A stretch of DNA of 64,000 nt, from assembly GCF_902713615.1 (NCBI RefSeq), contig NC_052151.1, forward strand, positions 83,813,073-83,877,072. The letters are read 5' to 3'. The position numbers and the translations under genes are program-made. Positions 1 to 13,764 of the stretch are shown here, piece by piece (position 1 is the first letter of the stretch; the number at the start of each line of letters is the position of its first letter). The notes beneath the pieces are model-generated. The model saw only the letters and a list, made by a program, of their open reading frames with translations. It made no database searches and was not told the DNA's origin. This DNA comes from Scyliorhinus canicula. Taxonomy: Eukaryota.

Positions 1-1760
1 CCCCAACATCACCGCCAAGTTAATTTCTCTACAGTTGAGATAAATCAAATCTCGGAAATCTTTAAGTACTGACCACAAGCAGTTTCTGGTAACCAAATAG
101 CTCGGCACTTGGACATTCTAACTAAATTGTCACATCCCCGAGATATATTTCAATTAGTACAGCAGTCTTGCTCTTCTTGCTACTTTCAGTTTGCTGATTC
201 TTTTCTTTTTTTTGCACATTTCCATTCCATTCCTCCATTCCTTCAATTTGTCAGCCCTTTTCACTTTTCTTCCTGTAAAGGATAATTATCCTAGTGCTTC
301 TATTTTTCGATGTTCAGATGTTTAAATATTATTGATTTTTAACTTGTTATATTCTGCTATTTGTAATTATTTTACAATTTTGGGGGGCATTTCTGCTTTC
401 CTTTGCACTTACTGTAGTTTGTATTTGCGTTGCGTCCTGATACCATACTGACAGTGCAGTTTACTAATGTTAAACTGTGCAACAACTACTGTGATTTGCA
501 TATAAAATCATACATTTACAATTTTTCCCAAAGAATAAAGGTAGAGGTTAGGGGCATTTGTTTGGGAAGGGTTTGTTAGAATATGGCATGTTCTACCAGA
601 ACAGGGTCAGAGTTGAAATCTGTAATAGCTTTAAAAATGAAATAAATACATTAAAAAATCAAAATATTAGAAATTGACCCAGAAATTAAACAAAATCTTT
701 GAGGCTCGATTTATGGGCAATAGACAGATTTAGCTCACGCTGTGTAATAGAATTCCCAGATTATGTGTTATTTTTTAAAATTTGCAGGAGTAAATGGGTC
801 TTTTCACAATAAGGAAAGGGATGGGACGCTATGCAGCCCTTCAATGTAAGATCAGGGCAAATTAAACTTTTTAGAGTATCTGAACACTGTCACCTTACAT
901 TCTGAAAAGACCAACTTTCAGCTGTTCGTGCCTGACATCTGCCGTTCTGGGCCACAGCGGTTCATATTTATCGTTAACCTGCCAGCAAAGATATACAAAA
1001 TAGAAAGTAGCAAGGGTCTCTCCCTTTATGGTTTTATGTTCAGGTGATTTGTTCTTTATTCACAGAATCCCACATCCGCATATCTTTTTTAGTGCTGTTC
1101 TTATGAAAATGTTCTCATGATGTACTGGGATTAAATAATCTGTCCTGGGGTAAAGTGCAAGTATGAAAAAGTTTTCATTTGCCCCTCTTGACATATAATG
1201 ACCACAGATGAAAGTGGAACAATGCTGAATGCACCAACATGGATAGCGATTTCATAAAAGAATAATTGCCTTTCCTTGAATCCCGATGAGATACCGTGTA
1301 ATTCTCTACTTTGCCTTTGCGGATAAACTCCTCAGCTAGGCGATATGGGTCCAGCTTGTTCATCTCACAAAAGGGTGGCAGCCAGTTTATGTACTGAAAG
1401 TTTGTTTCTGATCAGCATGGTCCCTCATTTTACAGATCTATAAAGGACTGGATGAATGCATCAGGGCAGTAACAAACTTCACAGCACAGTCCTGGACTGT
1501 GTCCCACTGGGAGTGATTACTTACAGTTAAGCTTTGCTGCAAACAAAATGTAGACTAAATGGCTTTTTATATAATAAAATATATTTCTATATGGAACAGG
1601 CTATCGTAGGTTTTTCAGACTCAATTGGAAGCATGTGTTCTCATAAACTGTAGCAATCTAATCATTTGGAGCTTGTTAATGATTAGGCTAGACCAGTTCA
1701 TATCAAATTGCCCTTTCATTGTTGTAAGTGGCATGCTCTTCCCGCTCCAGAAATCTATTT

Positions 1761-2007
1761 CATAGAATTCCTACAGTGCAGAAGGAGGAGGCCAATCGGC
1801 CCATCAAGTCTGCACTGATCCAGGCCCCATCCCCCGCCCTATCCCTGCAACCCCACCTAACCTGCATATCTTTGGACTGTGGGAGGAAACCAGAGGAAAC
1901 CCATGCAGACACGGAAAGAAGGTGCAAACTCCACACAGTCACCAAAGGCTGGAATTGAACGCGGGTCTCTGGCACTGTGAGGCAACAGTGCTAATCACTG
2001 TGCCACT
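1761..2007 (-). mobile_element. tRNA-derived V-SINE (HE1-like), CR1-type tail
   Basis: Reverse complement has a tRNA-like head, the V core (TGGAGTTTGCAC..GGTTTCCTCCCACAGTCCAAAG) and a ...CTGCACTGTAGGAATTCTATG tail; many near-identical copies in the window. Confidence 0.85.
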
Positions 2008-2809
2008 GCAACGGTCCTTGTCTTTGTGTTTAAAAATAAGGACACAGTAAGAGTGAGTGATATTCTCTATGTGTATTGCATATGTTGATATTCTTTCAAT
2101 CATAGCCACTACTTTGGGCTAATATTTGGAGTTAACTTTTTAACTTTTGCTTGATGAAGAGGCCTCAGTATAATGTGGCACTTAATTCTCTGGTCCTGCT
2201 GATTGTCAACTTTCTATTCAACAAGGTAAAGGATACATCCATTCGAAACTAACCTGCAATTGTCCTGCAGTGCAAGTCTCAATGTGATGGTGATTGAGAA
2301 TATTGAAAGCTATTGATTTCTACATTGACATCACTTTGATCATTATTAATTGTAAAGCTTCAAACCATGTGATTGCACTCTGCTATAAAGAATCATTGAA
2401 CACTTAGACCAGTTTTAGCGTTTTCAGTTTTAAACTAAGCATTTGTGGCTGTTCACCTCCAATTATTTCCCTTTCCTGGTGCCTGTTTTAAAAAACCTTT
2501 ATTGGAAAATTACACTTGCGTAACTTAGCTTTCATTGGTAAGATTAGTGTACAGCAATATCCTAATTAGACGCTTCACTAGATAGCTTGAAAATTCTGTA
2601 GAGTGGCCATCAGAATTGGATTGCATCTCCACTTATACTTGCATATCTAGAAATGAAGCAACTCCTTTCTCACCTGACCTTCCATCTCAGGCCAGGCGAG
2701 TACAGTCTAGGTTCCCATTGCCTTGTGTCAAGGACATCTGAGTCTGAGGTAAGGAAGCGAGCTGCTAGCTTCTGTAAAGCAGTAAGCTTAAAGTCCAGCC
2801 ACTTTGAAA

Positions 2810-3340
2810 AGCCAGGGAGAAGGTGGGCTTGTAAGGTAACTGGGTAGAAGTATTGGGTAGGTGGATTTGGGGGGGGGTGGGCAGGGGAACTGGGTGGTCA
2901 AGGTGTTGGTTAGTGGTGAGGGGGGTCAGGTGGTCGGGGGGGGGGGCAGTCAGGGGAAGTGGCCAGCGGGGAGGTCTGGTAGTCAGGTAGAAGTTGAGGG
3001 TGGGGGAGTCCTGTCGGGATTGGGGGTTTGTCAGGGCCATTTGGGGGGTAGTCAGGAGGAGTCCCATGCGGGAAAGGGGCAGTGGTGGACACTTCTGCTT
3101 TGTAGTTACCAAGAAGATAGAAGTGGTTTTAGCTCTTCTAACTTTTTCTGCGGATGGGATATTTTACCACTCTCATCGGCGGGACTGATCACTGCCACGG
3201 GTTCCCCAATGGCAGAGGGTGCAAACAATGGTAAACCCTGTTGACAGCGGCGAACTGGATTTTGGTGGGCCGCCTCCACCATTGCAAAACATGCCGTATG
3301 GAATTTGAGGGGAGGATGAGGCTGGAGGTGGAAAATTCTA
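2810..3340. mobile_element. Degenerate GC-rich MITE remnants
   Basis: G-rich tract plus a short element (about 3155-3340) that shares internal motifs (CCATTG, GCCACGGGTTCCC) with other MITEs in the window. Confidence 0.4.
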
Positions 3341-4931
3341 CTCTGGGTAACTATTATTATAAGAAAATCCATCTGAAGTTTGCAATTTTAATTGCAATAT
3401 CGGATGGTTATCATTGCAGTGTTTGAACTTCCCGGGCAATTGCCATGCGGTCCTTACTTCTGGCCTTGTGGTGATGGGGGAGATCAGAGAGTGCTCCTCA
3501 GTGTATCTTTGGGGTATCTCCAGTTTGAAAGCCCCAGGGGCCATTGTGTAACAAATCTAGCCTGTCTTCTGTAGGTTTAATCATGTTTATTTTTCAAGTT
3601 GATTTTTATCTGTGTATCTTCTTCTTATGTCGCAATGCATTCCAGAGCATGACTCCAGAGATGTACTGGCATTCTGCCTATCCTCAATCATGATGCCAAA
3701 ATGGCTGGGTTAAAAGGCACGCTTCTATGTGCAGAAACATCAGCCCAGTTCATCATTGCCAATAGCGGAACCTCCAAATAAACTTAAACCTGCAGGTCAG
3801 TGTAAAATTTCCCCCCCCCACCCTTCAACCTATTCTCCCGTACTCCCCTACATTACCTACTCACCCAGTATCCATTTCATAAACAGAAATCACAAGCCCT
3901 ATTATAGCATTGAAAGCTCATACTTCTGGATGAAAGAACCATAATTTGAATAGGCATTTAGAAAACAATTAGCCACTTGACTAAACTATTATGTCCATTG
4001 CACAATGGTGTAATAGTTCAGGGCCTGCACCCTTTGCTGTGCTGATGAAAACGGCCAGTTTTCTGGGTCTTCTGCTTCATAGACATTGTTTTCCCAATCA
4101 GGAACCACAAAATCCAGCCCATGGTCCTTCATCTCATTTGAACAAAATAGCTGCCATAATTGCCGCATAACATTTCAAAATTCATTTATCGTGTGCAGCA
4201 CTTTGAAATGTTTTGACAAATTTAATAAGGTGCTGTATAGCTGTCAGTATTATTTTACATCTAACATTAATCAATTCCGGGCACCAGGAACAAGTCAGAT
4301 CCCATGCTATCAGGAATCAATAACAGCAGGAATGATCTCTGTTGTGTTATTTCTGAAACTTCAGTCAGAACAATAACCAATCTCATTGTTGTGACATGAC
4401 AGTTTCTCACCCACTAAAAATGCCTCTTAAAAATTAATTTTCCAATAACTGGACAACATACTGAAAACAAAATCATTCACAAAATAATCATGAGCTTGTC
4501 CTTTCGCTTTTCTAATGCGATCATCCAGAATGAATAGTCTCAACACTACATCTGCACTTATGGTACTGGACTGAGTCATATTTCTGTCCTCAGTGCTTGC
4601 ATCTCAGCCCGGGGACTATCAGGGACGGTGTGCCGGCTCTGACCTCCGGGCTTTTAACTCCCGCCGAATGGTTCCTAGTGGGTGAGTCTCCGCCCACTCA
4701 GTAGGGGACCTTGTATTCCACAAACCACTTTGTGGTCGTCATAACAGAAGCCAAATTACATTTTAGATAATTTTATGGCAGAAAGAATGAAATTGCAGTG
4801 CTGTTTTATTTCTTGAACCTTTCGTAAATATTGGGGGATATATTTCTGGGATTGTTCCTCCTTTTTGTCTGTTGTAACTTTGGCCGGAAATGCATGGAAA
4901 CTCTGGAAAAGCTGCAGAAATTGCTGGAAAT

Positions 4932-4991
4932 GAACCCGGGAGCCTGGAGCTGTGAGACAGCCGTGACAACCACTGTGCCACCATGTTACCC
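4932..4991 (-). mobile_element. SINE tRNA-like head fragment
   Basis: Matches the 5' head (A/B-box region) of the V-SINE copies. Confidence 0.6.
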
Positions 4992-5399
4992 AAAGTGGCA
5001 GTAAAATAATGTGGTAATCGTATTCAATCATACCATGTAGGTTGTTGTTTCAATCAAAAATGAATCAGTCAGTTATAAGCATCTTTCTTAGAGGTAGAAA
5101 TCCTGAAGCTTACAGCTAGTTTTCCGAGAATTGTAATGCTTGCATTGAATCCATTTTAAGGAGCCGGACAGTACTTGGATAAACTGCAAAGTGCTCGGAT
5201 AAAGCTCAAAAATTGCTAGGTTTAATGTAGTGGTCATGTTACTGGACTAGTAGCTCAGGAGTCTGGGCTAATAATCCAGAGGTATAACAATTCTGGTTTG
5301 AGAATTTTAGTTCTAATCATAAAATCTGGAAATACAAAGCTGGTATTAGTAAAAATGACCATGCTGTAGGATTATTTAAAAACACATTTTAAAAATATT

Positions 5400-6745
5400 T
5401 CACGGGGTGTGGGCATTGCTGGCTTGGCCAGCATTAATTGTCAATCCCGAATTGTCCTTGTAAAGATAGTGCTTCGCCACCTTCTTGAACCGCTGTAGTC
5501 CATGTGGTGTGGGTATACCCATGGTGCTGTTGGGGAGGGAGTTACAGGATTTTGACCCAGTGACAGTGAAAGAACGACGATATAGTTCTAAGTTAGGATG
5601 GGGTATGGCTTGGAGGGGAATTTGTTGGTGTTTTCGTGTATTTACTGCCACCCCCCCATCCTTCTCAGTGGCAGAGGTGTGGGTTTGGAAGGTGCTTTCA
5701 AAGAAGCCTTGGTGATTTGCTGTTGTGTACCTTAGGCAGGATTCTCTGTTTCCTCCAACTGTGTGTTTCCTGGCGGCACGCCATGCGATGACAGCCGGGT
5801 TTTCTGGGATTTCCCATTGAAGACACCCTATGCCGCCGGGAAACCCAGGGGTGCTCTGTCAGTGGGAACAGAGAATCCCAACGGCTGGAGAATTCCAGCC
5901 CTTGTTGATGGTATACACTACTGTCACTGTGTGTTGGTGATGGATGAAGTGAATGTTGAAGGTGGTGGTTGTAGTGCCAATCAAATGGGCTGCTTTGTCT
6001 GGGACGGTGTTGAGCTTTCTGGGAGTTGTTGGAGCTACGCTCATCCAGATAAATGGAGGGTATGCCATCACACTCATGTCTGGTGCCTTGTAGATTGTAG
6101 ACAGGCTTTGGGGAATCATGAGGTCATTACTCGCCACAGAATTCCTCAACTTTGACCTGCTTTTGTAGCCACAGTATTTATATGACTAGTCCAATTTAGT
6201 TTTTAGTCAGTGCTAATCCCCAGGATGTTGGTATTGGGTTTCAGTAATAGTAATGCCATTGAACATCAAGTGGAGACTGTTGGATTCTCTCCTCTTGGAG
6301 ATGGTTATTTCCTGGTGCTAGTATGGCGCTATTGCCACTATCAGCCCAAGCCTGGTTCCTTTTGGGCGAGCCACTCAATAGTGGAGCTTGTATTCCATAA
6401 ACCTCTCTGGGAGATCAATCGATGATTCCCCCGTGTCCTTTGTGATCACCATATAATTATATTATACATAATTTTATAGCAAAATAATGAAATTGCTGTA
6501 TATCGATATGGACTGCTTCAGTATCTGCGGAGTCACGAATGCCACTGAACATTGTGCAATCATCAACGAACATGCCCACTTCTGACCTTATGATGTAGGA
6601 AAGGTCATTGATGGAGCAACTGAAGATGGTTTGTCTTGGGACACCACCCTAAGGAACTCATGTAGTGATGTTCTGGGATTGAGATGATTGACCTCCAAAA
6701 ATCACAGCCATCTTCCCTTGTGCTAGGTATGACTCCAACCAGTTG
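5400..6745 (-). mobile_element. Old CR1/L2-group LINE 3' fragments, interrupted by a short MITE (about 5735-5900)
   Basis: ORF 5859-6149 reads LSTIYKA..SVMAY.P..WMS.APTT..KLNTVPDKAAHLIG, a typical CR1-group ORF2 C-terminus; the same family recurs at 35040-35545. Confidence 0.7.
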
Positions 6746-7394
6746 GTTCATTAATATCCTTTAGGATAGAAAACCTGCTCTTCTAAGAATTGGCATCTAA
6801 GAATTGGCAATAAATGTCCATTTATTGGTGGTGAGACCCACATACAGATGAATTATAAACAGAAGCTGAGAAGTACAATATCTTAAATGTTTTTTGCAAG
6901 TCAAACATGAAATTGATTGGAATAATTGATTGGATAAAAAGGATTGAATTATATTTGCCATAGTGTGCTTACACTTTGCATCACTTAGAGGAAAAATTGA
7001 TTCCCTCATTCACCTGCTTGACAAATTAAGCATAGATCAAAAAAAGGCAGTATTGTTATGATTTGCAATGAAACAAAACTGTGCGTAAGTGGAACCATCC
7101 AAATAAAACAGTTTTTATGCAGCTGAATTTAATTTGTAGAACTTGTCCAGCAAGGATTGAATTTAAAACTGTCTGATGAAAAACAAATCCTCTGGTATTT
7201 TACGATTTATTTTTTTCAGCCTTACTGGTTTGCTCTGTTTTCAGTAAAAATATATTTTCTGTCAAGACTCAGAATCAAATATTGACACATCCCAGTCTCC
7301 AAATTTAAGATGATCTTCCTCAGAGCCCACCTACCTTTTGTTCTAGCCATCATTTCAGCTGTTCCTCAATTTGAGAATGCTGTCCATTCATCCA

Positions 7395-10300
7395 AGAACA
7401 CATGAAATAGGAGTAGACCCCGTAGCCTGTTCACTCTGCGCCTCCTCTCAATATGATTGTGGCTGTTCTTGGGGTTCTGCTCTGCACTGCTGCCGGCTCC
7501 CCATATCTCTTGATTCTTTGAGACACCAAAAATCTGCCTATCCCTGTCTTAAATGTATGCAATAATTTATCATCTGAAACCGTGAGGTAGAGAATTCTAA
7601 ATATTCGCAACCCCTTGACTGAAGGGGTTCTGTATGACCATCTCAGACTTAAATGATCAGCCTCTTTTAAAAAAAATATTTTTATTGAAGCATTTGAAAT
7701 TTTTTTATAACAATAACAAACAAAACAATAATAACATAAACATCAACATGGTAAACTAGACATTTCCCACCCAACCCCTTCTGTACATCCCTTAACCATA
7801 TTGCACCTACCCATGCCCCCAACCCCCTTCAGAATGCAGCGTCTGCTGACATTTAAATTTTTCCCAAGAAAGTCGACGAATGGCTACCACCTCCGGGAGA
7901 ACCCCAGCATTGACCCCCTCAAAGCAAACTTTATTTTCTCCAGCTTGAGAAACCCAGCCATGTCACTGACCCAAGTCTCCACACTCGGGGGCTTCGAGTC
8001 CCTCCACATTAACAGGATCCGTCTCCGGGCTATCAGGGAGGCAAAGGCCAGAACGTCGGCCTCTTTCACTCCCTGAACTCCCGGGTCTTCTGACACTCCA
8101 AAGATTGCTATCTCTGGACTCTGCACCACCCGCATACCTAGCACTTTGGACATTGCCTTAGCAAACCCCTGCCAGAATCTACCAAGCTTCGGCATGCCCA
8201 AAACATATGGACATGGTTTGCTGGGCTCCCCGCACACCTTGCACATCCATCTTCTACCCCGAAAACCTTGCTCATCCTCGTTGCCGTCATGTGTTCCCAA
8301 TGTACCACCTTAAACTGTATTAGACTGAGCCTGGCATATGATGAGGAGGAATTAACCCTGCTTATGACATTCGCCCACAGACCCGTCTCTAGCTTCCCAC
8401 CTAGCTTCTCCTCCCACTTGCCCTTCAGTTCCTCCACCGGGGTCTCCTCTGCCTCCAACAACTCCTGATAGACATCCAACACTTTCCCCTCCCTCACCCA
8501 GGTACCGGACACTACTCTGTCCTGTATCCCCCATGGCGGGATCAGCGGGAAAGCCAACACCTGTTTCCTCAAAGTCCCGGACTTGTAAATATCTGAAACC
8601 GTTCCCCGGTGGCAGCTTGACCTTGTCCTCCAGCGCCTTCAGACTGGGAAAACTCCCGTCTATGGATAGATCTCCCATCTGTCTAATTCCTGCTCTCTAC
8701 CAACATCCTGCTCGCCTTTTCCCCATATGCATAGACCTCCTTGCCCTCCTCAACTGCTCCACCGCCCTCCCCGTGGTCAACAACTCAAACTCTGCGTGTA
8801 GTTTCCATCGCTCCCTCAAGAGCCCCGCGTCCAGGGCCTCTGCATATCTCCTATCCACTCGAAGTATCTCCTCCACTAATCTCTCCCTCTCTGCTCGTTC
8901 CACTTTTTCTCTGTGGGACCGAATCGAAATTAGTTCCCCTCTTACAACTGCTTTCAGAGCCTCCCAAACCACCGCTGCTGATTTGTCACCTGTATCGTTT
9001 GTATCCATCCAGGTAATTCTGAATGGACTTATTCACCCGCCCGCAGACCGATTTGTTCGCTAACAACCCCACATCCAGTCTCTAGAGCAGGCGCTGCCCT
9101 CTCTCCTTACTCAACCGCAGATCCACCCAATGCGGGGCATGATCAGAGACTGCAATCGCCGAATACTCCGTCCCCGCCACCTTCGGAATTAGCGCCCTGC
9201 TTAGAGCAAACAAAATCAATGCGAGAGTAAATTTTATGGACATGAGAAAAAAACAAAAACTCCTTCTTCCTCGGCCGTTCGAATCTCCACGGGGCTACCC
9301 CCCCGCCCCGTCCATCTGCTCCATGAAACCCCTCAACTCCTTCGCCGCAACAGGCTTCCTTCCAGTCCTGGATTTTGACCGGTCCAGATCGGGATCAGGT
9401 CCGGGATCTTGCCTACAACCCATCTCATTAATCCTACATCGTCCCAGTTCGGAGAGTATATGTTTACAAGCACCAGCCATACACCCTCCAGCTTCCCACT
9501 CACCATAATATATCTACCCCCCTTGTCTGCCTCAATTCTTCCAGCCTCAAACGCCACCCGCTTACTGATCAATATCCCCCCCCCCCCCGGTCTTTGAGTC
9601 CAGCCCAGAGTGAAACACCTGACCAACCCACCCTTTTCTCAATCTCATCTGATCAATAATCTTTAGATGTGTCTCCTGAAGTATTGCTACATCTGTCCTC
9701 AGCCCCTTTTAAATGCGCGAAAACACAAGCCCTTTTGACTGGCCCATTCAAACCCCTCACATTCCACGTAATCAGCCTGGACAGGGGTTTGCTGGCACTC
9801 TTTCCCCCCCCCACCCGCCGATTAGCCATAACCTTGGTTTGGCCAGCCCAGAGCCTGCTCCCCCGCTTCCCCGCGCTCCCCCACAAGCAGCAACCGTCCC
9901 CGACCTCCCTTTTGTTCCCCGATAATAGTTCCTCCCCTGTCGGCGAAGCAGCCTCCCCCTTCCACCCCCTCCCCTTCCCCCACCCCCCACAACAGCCCCC
10001 GAAACCTAATCTCCCAGGTCAAGCACCATCTTAGCACATGTGCACCCCCACCACGCTTCCGAGAGTCAGCTGACCCATGCTGACCCCGACAGCCCCCGCC
10101 CTTGGTGTCAAGCAGTCCGGCTCCCTATTGTTCGAACCCCTCTCCCGACATGCATAAACCATTTAAAAACATTGCAGTTCCCAGTAAGTAAACAACCTCA
10201 ACTGAAAGAAATTAACATAAACCAATGCAGAAACAATTGCTTGAAACCTCCCACAGAATCAGGACCCTCCTCCCCCCTCCGCATCCAATCTCTGCAAAAA

Positions 10301-12010
10301 CAAAGCACCCTCAAACCACCACCCCAGCCCAATACTTAACCCAGAACCCAATACAGTCTTATTTGAACCGATACAAGAATTACAAATATTACAAACTACC
10401 GCCACATAACTCCTTCAAGACTTAAGTGTCCATTAAGACGCTTCCAGCTTTGCTTCCTTGATAAAAGACCATACATCGTCCCGTGCCTCAAAGTAAAAGT
10501 GCCGGTCTTCGTGCGTAACCCACAACCGCGCTGGATACAGCACCCCCTTCTTGAAGAGGGTCACCTTCACCCGGTTAAACTCAGCACGTCTCTTGGCCAG
10601 CTCCGCTCCCAGGTCCTGGTAGATGCCTCGTTGTTCTCCCATCTGCTGCTCCGCTCTTTTTGGCCCACCGCAAGACAAGTGGTGGCAACACACCACCATG
10701 GCCCTCGGAGGGTCATTCGCCTTAGGCTTCCTTGCGAGGGCTTGATGCGCTCCGTCCACTTTCCAGGAGAAAGCGCCCCGGACCCCATCAGCGTCTCCAA
10801 CATACTCGCCACATATGCTCCCGCATTCGACCCCTTGATTCCTTCGGGGAGGCCAGTGATCCTTAAGTTCTGCCTCCTGTTCTCCAGGTCCTCTAACTTC
10901 TCCTGCATTCTCTTGTGTCGCTAATCCAACACCTCCACCTTCTGTTCCAGCACGGTTAGATAGTCCTCCTGGCTGGACAACGTCAGCTCAATTTTTTTGT
11001 ATGGCTTTCCCTTGGGCCGCCTGGTTCAAAACCACTTGATCGATTGCAGCCTTGATCGGGTCCAGCGTTTCCTTTTTCAGTTCAGCGAAACAGTCCTTAA
11101 AGAACTTCATCTGCTGCTCCTTGGACCACTGAGCCACCGCTCCCTGGTCCTGACCCTCCACCACGCTGCGCTGCGGTACCAGCTCCGACTGCTTCACTCT
11201 ATCAGGGCTGAGTCTTTTCACACGGCCACTTCTAGTCCAATTTGCCAAATGATCAGCCTCTTATCTTGAGACTGTGCCCCTGTGTTTTAGGTTGCCCAAC
11301 CAGAGGATACCATCTCCCAGCACCCACCCCAATTAAGCCCATTCAGAGTTTGAGATGTTTCACTGAGATCACAGCACATTCTTTTAGACTCCAGATAAGA
11401 TAGGCCCAAGTTGCTTAGTTGTTCATCAGAGGACAATCCCTTCATCCCAGGGACCATTTTTGTGAGCCTTCGCTCTGCTGCCTCCAATGTAAGTATATCC
11501 TTTCTTAAAGGTGGAGCTTAAAACTGCAGGGAATGGCCCGGGTTTTCCGGCCTCCCTTTGGCGTCTTTTCCGGCAGTGGAGACAGCTTTCCATTGGCCAC
11601 CAGTGGGATCTTCTGAGCCCACCGAAGACGTTGGCCATTTGAATCGCTCACTGGCCACACCGCCGGGGAACCCGTCGGCCAATTTCGAGCTACCTCCGGC
11701 ACTGGAAAATCTGCCATGGGGGGGAGCGGTTACTGGAAAATCCCGGTCAGTGTTCCAGATGTGGTCACATCGAAACCCTGTACAACTGTAGCAGTTCTTC
11801 ATTATTCCTGTAATCCAATCCCCTTGCAGCAAAGGCCGTTTGCCTTCCTAATTGCTTGCTACTCTTCCGTGATACTTTTCTCTGTATAAGCACACCCAAG
11901 TCTCTTTGAACATCAAAACATACAAGTTTATTACCTTTTAAAAAATAGCCTGCTTTCTATTCTTATGACCAAAGTGAATGACTTCACACTTCCTTATATT
12001 ATACTTCGTC
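7395..12010 (-). mobile_element. Old CR1 3' fragment (7395-7666, 11263-12010) split by an L1 insertion and a short MITE (about 11530-11746)
   Basis: ORF 11287-11487 (EAAERRLTKMVPGMKGLSSDEQLSNLGLSYLE) is a CR1 ORF2 C-terminus; the host sequence continues across the L1 TSD. Confidence 0.7.
7667..11246 (-). mobile_element. L1/Tx1-clade LINE with internal deletion of the RT domain
   Basis: ORF1-like LEDLENRRQNLRITGLPEG, endonuclease start ITWNVRGLNGPVKR, WEALKAVVRGELIS, C-terminal CARC..ANHVHMFWAC motif; 16-bp TSD AAATGATCAGCCTCTT at 7651-7666 and 11247-11262. Confidence 0.9.
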
Positions 12011-12017
12011 TGCTATT

Positions 12018-12130
12018 CTCATAGAATCCATACAATGCAGAAGGAGGCTATTCGGCATCTCAGGTCTGAACGGACCCTCTGACAGAGTACACTACCTAGG
12101 CCCACTCCCCCCACTGTATCCCCGTAACCT
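12018..12130 (-). mobile_element. V-SINE 3' tail fragment
   Basis: CATAGAATCCATACAATGCAGAAGGAGGC matches the tail of other SINE copies. Confidence 0.6.
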
Positions 12131-13151
12131 AATGGACTTCCTTGTACGTGATTGTACATTGGGTGGTCCTGCCAGTTTTAGCCTGATAGTTACTCTGGAA
12201 GAATTAGAGGAACACAATCACTTCTAACTTTAGAGTAACTAGTTAAGAAACCCAGACGCAGCCTCGCATGAGACCCCACCTCTCACACACGCATGCGCGA
12301 ATCCCTCCCCAAGCGAACCACCTTTGCTGATATTGGAGATAATTCCAGCCATAGCATAGAGAACTGAGGATCAACACTGAACTTTATCATTCCGTTGATA
12401 GTACAACTTGAAACTTCCAATATATTGAGCTATTCCACCCAATTTTTACAGGCTGACATGGTGACAGGTGGTTGATGCAGCAAGGCATTCTGCTGGAAGG
12501 TGACATGTTCTTCCCTGTAATTTCCATGGGATAAATTCTCAGGTTAACTGGACAAGGTGATGTGGGGAGGGAAAAAGTTGGGTGTGGAGTTGAGGCACTG
12601 CACAGCAATTTTATTTTTAATTCATTTCATTTTCACATGGCTCAGAGCACCCAGATTTGGAATACAATTGGCAGATGACTGAGCAAAGAGGCCGCTGCAA
12701 TCACCCCGGGAGTCACGCATCTCAAGTGCACAGGACACAACACAATTATAGTGAACAAAAAAGAATGAGAAAGCCCACTGCGCTTCCCTGTGCTTTCATT
12801 CCTCGCTATGTTTTCATATTTTCTCTGAGTGAGTCATTGATAATGTCAATTTAACAGTGCCCTACTTCACATACAAACTATCCTAAGTAGATTACATTTG
12901 CCTGTGACTAAGGTCACACTAGAAACAGTAAAGATTACTCTTTGCGTATCCTGGCCAAAAATCATTGCTGCTCCAGCTGCTTTGTGCAAGTAATAGGGTT
13001 ATTTTTTCTTGCACTGTTCCTTGCCTTGCTGCAAGATTCCCTTGGAATTCCAGCTGTCAAAATCCTGTAATGTCTAATAAGACCGTGCTGTACAAGGGCA
13101 TTGAAGATTTGAGCATGCTGATCTGTACAAGAGTTACTGCAAAAGAACTGA

Positions 13152-13378
13152 TTGTGCGGAGTCTGCACGTTCTCCCCGTGTCTGTGTGGGTTTCCACCGG
13201 GTGCCCCAGTTTCCTCGCACAAGTCCTGAAAGGCGTGCTGTTAGGTCATTTGGACATTCTGAATTCTCCCTCAGCGTACCCGAATAGGCGCCGGAATGTG
13301 GTGACTCGGGGATTTTCACAGTAACTTCATTGCAGTGTTAATGTAAGTCTACTTGTGACAATAATAAAGATTATTATC
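13152..13378 (+). mobile_element. 5'-truncated V-SINE with type-B tail
   Basis: V core followed by GGCGCCGGAATGTGG..TTTTCACAGTAACTTCATTGCAG..TTGTGACAATAATAAAGATTATTA. Confidence 0.8.
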
Positions 13379-13764
13379 ATTAACAATATACAAATACAAA
13401 ATCAAGCATATACACACAACCCACCAGATGCTTGATATTGGTTACTACAATTCTCAACTATTCTGGAGAAATTAAAAAGAGTCTTTCAATGCCCTATGCA
13501 GCTGGCCAAACCTCCAGGTATCAGCTGTTCCCAATGCAGCCTTTGCTGTCTTGCCTACTAGCTCCTCTATCCATAACACATCCGATCCTAATCTTAATTA
13601 AATAGAAGCTCCTCTTTCAGCAATACCATCAGTCATTCTTTCCGATAGACTTTTCTGTTCACTATCTATGTAGTTTTACCACTGACTTAAACATGCTCCT
13701 CTAGTTTATGAGCATTTCAATTCTCCTCTGTCTGCACCAATAGTGGAAATAAGTTAATCTTGAG

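Noticed and set aside
1175-1400. Protein-like peptide YINWLPPFCEMNKLDPYRLAEEFIRKG on the - strand after a CTTTCAG
   Set aside because: No recognisable homology, weak polypyrimidine tract and no good donor; cannot be supported without a search.
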